Of a stretch of 64,000 nucleotides of DNA, positions 46,585-55,823 are shown piece after piece (the stretch's first letter is position 1; every line of letters begins with the position of its first letter). The translations under genes were made by a program, and so were the position numbers. The DNA comes from Pseudomonadaceae bacterium. GTDB taxonomy: Bacteria; Pseudomonadota; Gammaproteobacteria; Pseudomonadales; Pseudomonadaceae. Below the pieces are notes generated by a model. It was not told where the DNA came from. It did not search any database and saw only the letters and a list, made by a program, of their open reading frames with translations. The DNA lies in assembly GCA_033838285.1 (NCBI GenBank), contig JAJLLC010000059.1, positions 42,995 to 106,994 of the forward strand, given 5' to 3'.

Positions 46585-49344
46585 GTGCGCCGGCTCTGGA
46601 TCGCCACCGGACTCATCTTCAGCCTGCTCCTGGGCCTGCCCCTGTCGGCCAGCGCCGACGGGCAGCACTGGTCGATCCTGCTGGACAAATCGGCCCAGCT
46701 GGATTTCACCGAGGTCCAGGCGCAGCGCTCGCGCTTCCAGCCGCTGGACCGCCTGGCCTTCACCCTGCCCGCCTCGCCCCAGGCCATCTGGCTCAAGGTC
46801 GACACCCAGGCCCTGGCCGACCCGCACTGGCTGTGGCTGTTCGCCCCGCGGGTGCAGCACCTGGACTTCTACCTGGTCAAGGACGGTGAGCTGGAACAGC
46901 AGCTGCGTACCGGCGAGGCCCTGACCCTGAGCTCGCGCCCGCTGCCGTCGCGGGCCTACCTGTTCAACCTGCCCAACGACGGCCAGCCGCGCACCGCCTA
47001 CCTGCGCATGACCTCCAACCACGCCCTGATGATGTGGTTCAAGGTCATAGACGAGGCCGAGCTGGTGGCCCAGGAAAAACCCGCCTACCTGTTCGGCGCC
47101 CTGCTCGGCGGCCTGTTGCTGCTGGCCCTGTTCAACCTGCTGCGCATGGTCTATTCGCCCACCGCCAGCAACCTGTGGCTGGCCGGCATGCACGTCGCCC
47201 TGGCCCTGTGCGCCACCGCCAACATCGGCCTGCTCGCCGTGCTGCTGCCGGAGCAGAGCTACAACCAGTCGCTGATCGCCGACCTGGCCGCGCTGGCTGC
47301 CGCCCTGTGCATCCTCGGCTACACCCACTTCTTCTTCCGCGGCACGCCCGGCGAGCGCAGCCGGCTGCACTGGCTGCTCTACGCCGAATTCGCCGTGATC
47401 GCCGTCGCGGCCCTGCTGATCGCCACCACCGGCCTGCTCTGGCACAGCTGGCTGGTCTACGGCCTGGTGGTGCTGGCGGCGCTGAGCGTACCGGCGATCG
47501 CCCTGGCGCACTGGCGCGGTGGCTATCGCCCGGCGCGCCTGATCTTCTTCGGCATGCTGCTGTTCGACCTGGGTTTCGCCACCCTCGGCCCGGTGCTGTT
47601 CGGCTTCGACCAGCTCAACCCCGGCTGGCTGGTGCTCAGCCTGTTCAGCGTGGCCATGGTCGCCGGCCTGATCCTCAGCATTGCCCTGTCCGAGCGGCAG
47701 CGGCAGATCCAGAACGATACCCTGTTCCAGCGCACCCGCGAAGCCGCCAGCAGCGCCGAGCTGAAGGCCAAGGCCGAGTTCCTGGCCAAGATCAGCCACG
47801 AGATCCGCACCCCGATGAACGGCGTGCTGGGCATGACCGAACTGCTGCTCGGCACCCCGCTGTCGGCCAAGCAGCGCGACTACGTGCAGACCATCCACAG
47901 TTCCGGCAACGAGCTGCTCACCCTGATCAACGAGATCCTCGACATCTCCAAGCTGGAATCCGGGCAGATCGAACTGGACGACGTGCAGTTCGACCTCAAC
48001 GCGCTGATCGACGACTGCCTGGACATCTTCCGCGCCAAGGCCGAGCAGCAGAAGGTCGAGCTGATCAACTTCACCCAGCCCCAGGTGCCGCGGGTGATCG
48101 GCGGCGACCCCACGCGCCTGCGCCAGACCCTGCTCAGCCTGCTGGACAACGCCTTCCGCCAGACCGACGAGGGCGAAATCCTCCTGGTGGTGGCGCTGGA
48201 CACCGAAGGCAAGAGCCCGCGCCTGCGCATCGCCGTGCAGGACAGCGGCCGCCCGCTGGAGGCCGAGGAGCGCGACGCGCTGCTCAACAGCCAGCTGCAC
48301 AGTAGCGACTTCCTCTCCAGCAGCAAGCTCGGCGGCCGCCTCGGCCTGATCATCGCCCGCCAGCTGGTGCGCCTGATGGGCGGCGAATTCGGCGTGCAGG
48401 GCGGCGGCAGCAACGGCAGCACCCTGTGGCTGACCCTGCCACTCGACCCGCAGCGCCTGGAACAGCCCACCGCCGACCTCGACGGCCCGCTGCAGGGCGC
48501 ACGCCTGCTGGTGGTGGACGACAACGAGACCTGCCGCAAGGTGCTGCTGCAGCAGTGCACGGCCTGGGGCCTGCAGGTCAGTGCGGTGGCCTCCGGCAAG
48601 GAGGCCCTGGCCCTGCTGCGCACCAAGGCACACCTGCGCGAGTTCTTCGACGTGGTCCTGCTGGACCAGGAAATGCCCGGCATGACCGGCATGCAGCTGG
48701 CGGCCAAGATCAAGGAAGACCCCAACCTCAACCACGACATCCTGTTGATCATGCTCACCGGCATCAGCAACGCGCCGAGCAAGATCATCGCGCGCAACGC
48801 CGGGATCAAGCGCATCCTGGCCAAGCCGGTGGCCGGCTACACGCTGAAGACCACCCTGGCCGACGAGCTGACCCAGCGTCAGGTCGACGCACCGCGCCAG
48901 GCGCAGCCCGACAGCGCGCCGCTGCAGGTACCGGCGGACTTCCGCATCCTGGTGGCCGAGGACAACAGCATCTCCACCAAGGTGATCCGCGGCATGCTGA
49001 GCAAGCTCAACCTGCAGCCGGACACCGCCAGCAACGGCGAGGAGGCCCTGCGCGCCATGCAGGAGCGGCAGTACGACCTGGTGCTGATGGACTGCGAGAT
49101 GCCGGTGCTCGATGGCTTCTCCGCCACCGAGCGCCTGCGCGAATGGGAGCTGCGCGAGCAGCGCGGCCACACCCCGGTGGTGGCGCTGACCGCGCACATC
49201 CTCGCCGAGCACAAGGAGCGCGCACGCCAGGCCGGCATGGACGGCCACATGTCCAAGCCGGTGGAGATGTCGCAACTGCGCGAACTGATCGCCCACTGGG
49301 TCAGCGAGCGCGAACGCCGCCAGCGTGACGCCCTGCCCTCCTGA
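46585..49344 (+). CDS. retS: Hybrid sensor RetS (7TMR-DISM sensor, HisKA, two REC)
   Basis: Periplasmic WLFAPRVQ.LD.Y, 7 [13 protein letters not shown], atypical ATP lid, two receivers; follows purD; GTG start. Confidence 0.92.
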   Translation: MRRLWIATGLIFSLLLGLPLSASADGQHWSILLDKSAQLDFTEVQAQRSRFQPLDRLAFTLPASPQAIWLKVDTQALADPHWLWLFAPRVQHLDFYLVKDGELEQQLRTGEALTLSSRPLPSRAYLFNLPNDGQPRTAYLRMTSNHALMMWFKVIDEAELVAQEKPAYLFGALLGGLLLLALFNLLRMVYSPTASNLWLAGMHVALALCATANIGLLAVLLPEQSYNQSLIADLAALAAALCILGYTHFFFRGTPGERSRLHWLLYAEFAVIAVAALLIATTGLLWHSWLVYGLVVLAALSVPAIALAHWRGGYRPARLIFFGMLLFDLGFATLGPVLFGFDQLNPGWLVLSLFSVAMVAGLILSIALSERQRQIQNDTLFQRTREAASSAELKAKAEFLAKISHEIRTPMNGVLGMTELLLGTPLSAKQRDYVQTIHSSGNELLTLINEILDISKLESGQIELDDVQFDLNALIDDCLDIFRAKAEQQKVELINFTQPQVPRVIGGDPTRLRQTLLSLLDNAFRQTDEGEILLVVALDTEGKSPRLRIAVQDSGRPLEAEERDALLNSQLHSSDFLSSSKLGGRLGLIIARQLVRLMGGEFGVQGGGSNGSTLWLTLPLDPQRLEQPTADLDGPLQGARLLVVDDNETCRKVLLQQCTAWGLQVSAVASGKEALALLRTKAHLREFFDVVLLDQEMPGMTGMQLAAKIKEDPNLNHDILLIMLTGISNAPSKIIARNAGIKRILAKPVAGYTLKTTLADELTQRQVDAPRQAQPDSAPLQVPADFRILVAEDNSISTKVIRGMLSKLNLQPDTASNGEEALRAMQERQYDLVLMDCEMPVLDGFSATERLREWELREQRGHTPVVALTAHILAEHKERARQAGMDGHMSKPVEMSQLRELIAHWVSERERRQRDALPS

Positions 49345-49409
49345 CGCATCGAAAGCAGGCCGCCACGCCGGCCTCTATGCTTGCAGCAACCGTTCCCACG
49401 AGCCCTCCC

Positions 49410-50006
49410 ATGCTTTCCACGCTGTTCACCCTGTACCTGAAGATGCTGGTCCTCTATAGCCCGTTCTTCGTGCTGTCCTGCTTTCTCGGCCTCACGCCGG
49501 GCTATAGCGCCAGGGAGCGCAAGAAACTGGCCTGGAAGGTGGCGCTCGGCACCCTGATCGCCAGCGTGCTGCTGTACCTGTTCGGCCAGACCATCTTCGA
49601 GATCTTCGGCATCACCGCCGACGCCTTCCGCATCGGCGCGGGCTCGGTGCTGTTCATCTCGGCGCTGGGCATGGCCCAGGGCAAGTCGGCGGTGCAGGCG
49701 GACAACCCGCAGCAGGACGTCACCATAGTACCGCTGACCATCCCGCTCACCGTCGGCCCCGGTACCATCGGCGCACTGCTGGTGATGGGCATCAGCCAGC
49801 CGCAGTGGGACGACAAGCTGCTGGCCATAGTCGCCATCGCCATCGCCAGCATCACGGTCGGCCTGGTGCTGTACCTGTCCGACAAGGTCGAGCGCCTGCT
49901 CGGCCAGCAGGGCCTGCAGATCCTCAGCCGCCTGATGGGCCTGTTCGTCTGCGCCCTGGCCGCGCAGATCATCTTTACCGGCGTCAAAGGCTACCTGGCC
50001 CCCTGA
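49410..50006 (+). CDS. MarC-family integral membrane protein
   Basis: FGIT.DAFRIGAG, IVPL.IPL.VGPGTI, RLMGL. Confidence 0.9.
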   Translation: MLSTLFTLYLKMLVLYSPFFVLSCFLGLTPGYSARERKKLAWKVALGTLIASVLLYLFGQTIFEIFGITADAFRIGAGSVLFISALGMAQGKSAVQADNPQQDVTIVPLTIPLTVGPGTIGALLVMGISQPQWDDKLLAIVAIAIASITVGLVLYLSDKVERLLGQQGLQILSRLMGLFVCALAAQIIFTGVKGYLAP

Positions 50007-50043
50007 ACCCCGCCCTCTGCTGGCGCACCAGCACCCGCGGCCA

Positions 50044-50139
50044 GCCCCCAAACGGGGCAGGCCGCAAGTCCCTCGCGCCCACCCAGACCAACTAATTCCT
50101 TGCATATCAGCCAGTTAGAGACCTGGCACAGCTTCTGCT
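50044..50139 (+). promoter_or_regulatory. sigma54 promoter with putative NtrC-like and IHF sites
   Basis: TGGCAC-N5-CTGC at 50124-50138 (GG-N10-GC); TATCAG-N4-TTA at 50105-50117; GCCCC-N5-GGGGC at 50044-50058. Confidence 0.72.
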
Positions 50140-50179
50140 TTACGGACATCAACTTGGATACAAGAAGGAATCTAGGAAG

Positions 50180-51985
50180 ATGTCCCATCGCGGAATCGGC
50201 TGGACCCTGGGCGACTGGCAACAGGCCTATCGCAGCCAGCAACTGCAGCCCGGCGTGCTGGCCGAGCTGCTCGCCGAGCTGGACGGCGACGATCCTGCCT
50301 GGATCGCCCTGGCCAGCCCGGCGCAGCTGCAGGCCCAGCTCGACGCCCTGGCCGAACGCCTGGCCGAAGCCTCCGGCGATCTGGCCAGGCTGCCGCTGTA
50401 TGGCGTGCCCTTCGCCATCAAGGACAATATCGACGCCGCCGGCTGGCCGACCACCGCCGCCTGCCCCGAGTTCTCCTACACGGCCGCGGCCGACGCCAGT
50501 GTGGTCGACCGCCTGCGCGCCGCCGGCGCCATTCTCATCGGCAAGACCAACCTCGACCAGTTCGCCACCGGCCTGGTCGGCACCCGCTCGCCCTATGGCG
50601 CGGTGCCCAACAGCTTCGATCCGGCCTACGTCAGCGGCGGCTCCAGCTCCGGCTCCGCCAGCGTGGTGGCGCGCGGCCTGGTGCCCTTCGCCCTGGGTAC
50701 CGACACCGCCGGCTCCGGCCGGGTGCCGGCCGGCTTCAACAACATAGTCGGGCTCAAGCCGACCAGAGGCTGGCTGTCCACCCGCGGCCTGGTGCCAGCC
50801 TGCCGCAGCCTGGACTGCATCTCGGTGTTCGCCCTGAGCGTGGCCGACGCCCTGGCCGTGGCCAACATCGCCGGCGGCTACGATGCCGACGACGCCTACA
50901 GCCGCCAGAACCCGGGCAGCGCCAGGGTCGGCATGCCGGCCCGGCCGCGCCTGGCCGTACCGACCGCGCCCGAATTCTTCGGCGACGCGCAGAACCAGGC
51001 GGCGTTCGAGCAGGCCCTGGGCAAGCTGCGCGAGCTGGGCGCCGAGCTGGTGGAGATCGACTTCGCACCCTTCCGTGAGCTGGCCGAGCAGCTCTACCAG
51101 GGCTCCTGGGTCGCCGAGCGCACGGTGGCGGTGACGGGCGTCGAGCCGGCGCACATCGACCCGGTGGTGCGCGGCATCATCGACAACGGCCACCGCTACA
51201 GCGCCTGCGACGCCTACCGGGCCGAGTACATCCGCGCCGAGCTGAGCAGAAAGATCAACGACACCCTGGCCGGCTTCGACGCCCTGGTGGTACCGACCTC
51301 GCCGACCCTGCGCACCCTGGCCGAGATGCAGGCCGAGCCGGTGCTGTTCAACAGCCAGTTCGGCACCTACACCAACTTCACCAACCTCGCCGACCTCTGC
51401 GCCCTGGCCGTGCCCGCCGGATTCCGCGGCGACGGTCTGCCGGCCGGCATCACCCTGCTCGCCCCGGCCTGGCACGACCAGGCATTGGCCGCCTTCGGTC
51501 GCCGCTGGCAGGACTTCCTCACCCTGCCGCTGGGCGCCACCGGCCGTGCCCTGCCGCCGCAGCCCGCCACACCTCAGGCGCCAGGCTGTGTGCGCGTGGC
51601 GGTGGTCGGCGCGCACCTCACCGGCATGCCGCTGAACTTCCAGCTCACCAGTCGCGACGCCGTGCTGGTCGAACAGACCACCAGCAGCGCCGACTACCGC
51701 CTCTACGCCCTGCCCGGCACCGTGCCGCCCAAGCCTGGCCTGGCACGGGTGGCCGAGGACGGCGCCGAGATCATCGTCGAGCTGTGGGACGTGCCGCAGG
51801 CGCGCTTCGGCGAGTTCGTCGCCGAGATCCCGCCACCGCTGGGCATCGGCAACCTGCAGCTGGCCGACGGCCGCTGGGTCAAGGGCTTTATCTGCGAGCC
51901 CTACGCGCTGGCCGGTGCCCGCGATATCACCGCCTTCGGCGGCTGGCGCGCCTTTATTGCCAGCCTGCAAGCAGCCAAGAACTGA
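50180..51985 (+). CDS. atzF: Allophanate hydrolase
   Basis: Amidase signature KDNID, GKTNLDQFATGL, GGSSSGS, GTDTAGSGRVPA; C-terminal VVGAHL.GMPLN domain. Confidence 0.95.
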   Translation: MSHRGIGWTLGDWQQAYRSQQLQPGVLAELLAELDGDDPAWIALASPAQLQAQLDALAERLAEASGDLARLPLYGVPFAIKDNIDAAGWPTTAACPEFSYTAAADASVVDRLRAAGAILIGKTNLDQFATGLVGTRSPYGAVPNSFDPAYVSGGSSSGSASVVARGLVPFALGTDTAGSGRVPAGFNNIVGLKPTRGWLSTRGLVPACRSLDCISVFALSVADALAVANIAGGYDADDAYSRQNPGSARVGMPARPRLAVPTAPEFFGDAQNQAAFEQALGKLRELGAELVEIDFAPFRELAEQLYQGSWVAERTVAVTGVEPAHIDPVVRGIIDNGHRYSACDAYRAEYIRAELSRKINDTLAGFDALVVPTSPTLRTLAEMQAEPVLFNSQFGTYTNFTNLADLCALAVPAGFRGDGLPAGITLLAPAWHDQALAAFGRRWQDFLTLPLGATGRALPPQPATPQAPGCVRVAVVGAHLTGMPLNFQLTSRDAVLVEQTTSSADYRLYALPGTVPPKPGLARVAEDGAEIIVELWDVPQARFGEFVAEIPPPLGIGNLQLADGRWVKGFICEPYALAGARDITAFGGWRAFIASLQAAKN

Positions 51986-51989
51986 AGAC

Positions 51990-52060
51990 GTAGGGTGGAT
52001 GGCCGCAGCCATCCACCACTGGACAGCTGGTGGAAAGCGCCTGGCGTTTCTCCACCCTAC
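51990..52060. repeat. GTAG-type REP inverted doublet (REPIN-like)
   Basis: GTAGGGTGGATGGC-CGCA-GCCATCCACC ... GGTGGAAAGCGCCTGGCGTTTCTCCACCCTAC. Confidence 0.85.
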
Positions 52061-52075
52061 GAGGAGGGAACGACC

Positions 52076-52201
52076 GTGTTCAACACCGTACTGATTGCGA
52101 ACAGAGGCGACCAGCCGCAAAGCGGCGCAGCGACGAAGTCAAAGTGCCGGGTGGGCGCAGCCCGCCGCGGCGATCTCGCCACGGAGGCCACTCATGTTTA
52201 G
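52076..52201 (+). CDS. 41-aa leader ORF beginning with a copy of the urea carboxylase N-terminus
   Basis: GAGGAGG RBS, GTG start, MFNTVLIANRGD...; TAG stop lies just inside the uca start region. Confidence 0.6.
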   Translation: MFNTVLIANRGDQPQSGAATKSKCRVGAARRGDLATEATHV

Positions 52202-55200
52202 TACCGTTCTCATTGCCAACCGTGGCGAGATCGCCGTCCGCGCCATCCGCACCCTCAAGCGCCTCGGCGTGCAGAGCGTGGCCGTGTACTCCGACGCCGA
52301 CCGCAACGCCCAGCACGTACGCGATGCCGATGTGGCCATCGCCCTGGGTGGCGACAAGCCGGCCGACAGCTACCTGCGCATCGACAAGATCCTCGCCGCC
52401 GCCAGGGAAACCGGCGCCCAGGCCATCTACCCCGGCTACGGCTTCCTCTCCGAGAGCGCCGAGTTCGCCGAGGCCTGCGAGGCCGCCGGCATCGCCTTCG
52501 TCGGCCCGACGCCTGCGCAGATCCGCGAGTTCGGCCTCAAGCACCGCGCCCGCGAACTGGCCGCCGAGGCCCGGGTGCCGATGGCGCCGGGTACTGGCCT
52601 GCTGCACAGCCTGGACGAGGCGCTGCAGGCGGCCGAAAGCATCGGCTACCCGGTGATGCTGAAGACCACCGCCGGCGGCGGCGGCATCGGCCTGACCCGC
52701 TGCAGCGATGCCGAAGCCCTGGCCAGCGCCTATGACAGCGTCAAGCGCATGGGCGAGCAGTTCTTCAGCGACGCCGGGGTGTTTCTAGAGCGTTTCGTCG
52801 ACCAGGCCCGGCATGTCGAGGTGCAGATCTTCGGCGACGGCGCCGGCCGCGTGGTCGCCCTCGGCGAGCGCGACTGCTCGCTGCAGCGGCGCAACCAGAA
52901 GGTGGTCGAGGAAACCCCGGCGCCCAACCTACCGCAGGCCACCCGCGAGCGTCTGCATGCCGCCGCCGTGCAGCTCGGCGAGTCGGTGAGCTACCGCAGC
53001 GCCGGCACCGTGGAATTCATCTACGACGCCGCCCGCGACGACTTCTACTTCCTCGAGGTGAACACCCGCCTGCAGGTCGAGCACCCGGTCACCGAGATGG
53101 TCACCGGCCTCGACCTGATCGAATGCATGCTGCGCGTGGCCGCCGGCGACGCCCTGGACTGGGCCGCCCTCAACCGCGCCCCGCAGGGCGCCGCCATCGA
53201 AGTGCGCATTTACGCCGAAGACCCGCTGAAGAACTTTCAGCCCAGCCCCGGCGTGCTCACCGAAGTGCACTTCCCCGCAGGCGTGCGCGTCGACGGCTGG
53301 GTCAGCACCGGGAGCGAGGTGTCGGCCTTCTACGACCCGATGATCGCCAAGCTGATCGTCCACGGCACCGACCGCAGCGAGGCCATCGCCAGGCTGCGCG
53401 CCGCGCTGGGCGAGACCCGCCTGCACGGCATCGCCAGCAACCTCGACTACCTGCGCCAGGTGGTGGCCGACCAACGCTTCGCCCAGGGCCGGGTGTGGAC
53501 CCGCCTGCTCGACGACTTCGCCTACCGGGCCAGCACGATCGAGGTGCTCGAGCCGGGCACCCACTCCAGCGTACAGGACTACCCCGGCCGCCTCGGCTAC
53601 TGGGACATCGGCGTGCCGCCCTCCGGGCCGATGGACAACTTCGCCTTCCGCCTGGCCAACCGCATCGTCGGTAACCACCCCAGCGCCGCCGGCCTGGAGT
53701 TCACCCTGCAGGGCCCGACCCTGCGCTTCCATTGCGACGCGCTGATCGCCCTGACCGGCGCCGACTGCCCGGCCACCCTGGACGGCGAGCCGGTGGCCTA
53801 CTGGCAGCCGGTCGCGGTCAGGGCCGGCCAGCTGCTCAGGCTCGGCCGCGCCAGCAGCGGCTGCCGCACCTACCTGGCGGTGCGCAACGGCCTGGACGTG
53901 CCGCTCTACCTGGGCAGCCGCTCCACCTTCGCCCTCGGCCAGTTCGGCGGCCATGCCGGGCGCACCCTGCGCACCGCCGACATGCTGGCCATCTCCCAGC
54001 CCGAACTGGCCGCCTGCACCACCCCGGCGCCGCTGGCGCCACCGCAGGCCGTGCACCCCAGCCTGATCCCGGTCTACGGCAATACCTGGGACATCGGCGT
54101 GCTCTACGGCCCGCACGGCGCGCCGGACTTCTTCACGGCCGAGTCGATCGAGGCGTTCTTCGCTGCCGAGTGGGAGGTGCACTACAACTCCAACCGCCTC
54201 GGCGTGCGCCTGTCCGGGCCCAAGCCGAGCTGGACCCGCGCCAACGGCGGCGAGGCCGGCCTGCACCCGTCCAACGTGCACGACTGCGAATACGCCATCG
54301 GTTCGATCAACTTCACCGGCGACTTCCCGGTGATCCTCACCCAGGACGGCCCCAGCCTCGGTGGCTTCGTCTGCCCGGTGACCATCGCCAAGGCCGAGCT
54401 GTGGAAGGTCGGTCAGGTCAAACCCGGCGACAAGCTGCGCTTCCACCCCATCGGCTTCCAGCAGGCACAGAGCCTGGAACAGGCCCAGCTGGGCAGCATC
54501 GAGGCGCTGGCGGCGATCCGCGCGGTCAGCCTGCCCGCCCCCGTCCTGCAGCCGACCACCACCGCCTCGGCCACCGTGCTGGCCGAGCTGGCGGCCGAGG
54601 GCAACCGCCCCAGGGTGGTCTATCGCCAGGCCGGCGATGCCTACATCCTGCTGGAGTACGGCGACAACGTGCTCGACCTGGCCCTGCGCCTGCGCGTGCA
54701 CCTGCTGATGGAGGCGCTCAAGGCCGAGCCGCTGGCCGGGCTTGAGGAGCTGGCGCCGGGCGTGCGCTCGCTGCAGCTGCGCTACGACAGCCGCGTGCTG
54801 CACCAGCAGGCGCTGCTCGCCCATCTGCTGCAGCTGGAGCAGCGCCTCGGCGACGTCAGCCGGCTCAAGGTGCCGACCCGCATCGTCCATCTGCCGATGG
54901 CCTTCGAGGACAGCGCCACCCTCGGCGCCGTCACCCGCTACCGCGAGACGGTACGCAGCGAGGCGCCCTGGCTGCCGAACAACGTCGACTTCCTGCAGCG
55001 CATCAACGGCCTGGCCAGCCGCGACGAGGTGAAGGACATCCTGTTCGACGCCAGCTACCTGATCCTCGGCCTCGGCGACGTCTACCTCGACGCGCCCTGC
55101 GCCGTGCCGCTGGACCCGCGGCATCGCCTGCTCAGCTCCAAGTACAACCCGGCGCGCACCTACACCGCCGAAGGCACCGTGGGCATCGGCGGCATGTACA

Positions 55201-55823
55201 TGTGCATCTACGGCATGGACTCGCCCGGCGGCTACCAGCTGGTCGGGCGCACCCTGCCGATCTGGAACAAGTTCGTGAAGAACGCCCAGTTCGAGAATGG
55301 CGAGCCCTGGCTGCTGCGCTTCTTCGACCAGGTGCGCTTCTACCCGGTCGACGAGGCCGAGCTGGACGAATTCCGCGAGGCCTTCCGCGAGGGCCGCGCG
55401 CAGATCCGCATCGAGCAGGGCGAGTTCGACTTCGCCGAGTACAACCGCTTCCTCGCCGACAATGCCGCCGCTATCGCCGCCTTCCAGGCCAGGCAGAAGG
55501 CCGCCTTCGACGCCGAGGTGCAACTCTGGCGCGACGACGACCCGAGCGCTGCCGCGCCCCTGGCCGCCGTCGGCGAGGAGGACGACGACCTCGACGGCCA
55601 CCTGGTCAGCGCCGACATGTGCGGCAGCGTGTGGAAGGTGCTGGTCGAGCCTGGCCAGCGCGTCGAGGCCGGCATGCCGCTGCTGGTGGTCGAGGCGATG
55701 AAGATGGAGCTGGCGGTCACCGCGCCGGTGGCCGGCATCGTCAAGTCGGTGCGCTGCGCACCGGGCAAGGCGGTGACCCCGGGCGACGCCCTGCTCCTGC
55801 TCGACGCGGTGGAGGTGGCCTGA
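52194..55823 (+). CDS. uca: Urea carboxylase (BC-CT-BCCP)
   Basis: [11 protein letters not shown] domain, GVPPSGPMD, HPSNVHD, KYNPAR, EAMKM; GGAGG RBS. Confidence 0.95.
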   Translation: MFSTVLIANRGEIAVRAIRTLKRLGVQSVAVYSDADRNAQHVRDADVAIALGGDKPADSYLRIDKILAAARETGAQAIYPGYGFLSESAEFAEACEAAGIAFVGPTPAQIREFGLKHRARELAAEARVPMAPGTGLLHSLDEALQAAESIGYPVMLKTTAGGGGIGLTRCSDAEALASAYDSVKRMGEQFFSDAGVFLERFVDQARHVEVQIFGDGAGRVVALGERDCSLQRRNQKVVEETPAPNLPQATRERLHAAAVQLGESVSYRSAGTVEFIYDAARDDFYFLEVNTRLQVEHPVTEMVTGLDLIECMLRVAAGDALDWAALNRAPQGAAIEVRIYAEDPLKNFQPSPGVLTEVHFPAGVRVDGWVSTGSEVSAFYDPMIAKLIVHGTDRSEAIARLRAALGETRLHGIASNLDYLRQVVADQRFAQGRVWTRLLDDFAYRASTIEVLEPGTHSSVQDYPGRLGYWDIGVPPSGPMDNFAFRLANRIVGNHPSAAGLEFTLQGPTLRFHCDALIALTGADCPATLDGEPVAYWQPVAVRAGQLLRLGRASSGCRTYLAVRNGLDVPLYLGSRSTFALGQFGGHAGRTLRTADMLAISQPELAACTTPAPLAPPQAVHPSLIPVYGNTWDIGVLYGPHGAPDFFTAESIEAFFAAEWEVHYNSNRLGVRLSGPKPSWTRANGGEAGLHPSNVHDCEYAIGSINFTGDFPVILTQDGPSLGGFVCPVTIAKAELWKVGQVKPGDKLRFHPIGFQQAQSLEQAQLGSIEALAAIRAVSLPAPVLQPTTTASATVLAELAAEGNRPRVVYRQAGDAYILLEYGDNVLDLALRLRVHLLMEALKAEPLAGLEELAPGVRSLQLRYDSRVLHQQALLAHLLQLEQRLGDVSRLKVPTRIVHLPMAFEDSATLGAVTRYRETVRSEAPWLPNNVDFLQRINGLASRDEVKDILFDASYLILGLGDVYLDAPCAVPLDPRHRLLSSKYNPARTYTAEGTVGIGGMYMCIYGMDSPGGYQLVGRTLPIWNKFVKNAQFENGEPWLLRFFDQVRFYPVDEAELDEFREAFREGRAQIRIEQGEFDFAEYNRFLADNAAAIAAFQARQKAAFDAEVQLWRDDDPSAAAPLAAVGEEDDDLDGHLVSADMCGSVWKVLVEPGQRVEAGMPLLVVEAMKMELAVTAPVAGIVKSVRCAPGKAVTPGDALLLLDAVEVA

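Noticed and set aside
48100-48430. Degenerate ATP-binding motifs in the RetS kinase domain
   Set aside because: A known property of RetS, not novel.
50007-50179. Guanidine riboswitch upstream of the amidolyase genes
   Set aside because: No ykkC-type conserved tail or paired ACGR-loop hairpins seen; sigma54-type elements explain the region.
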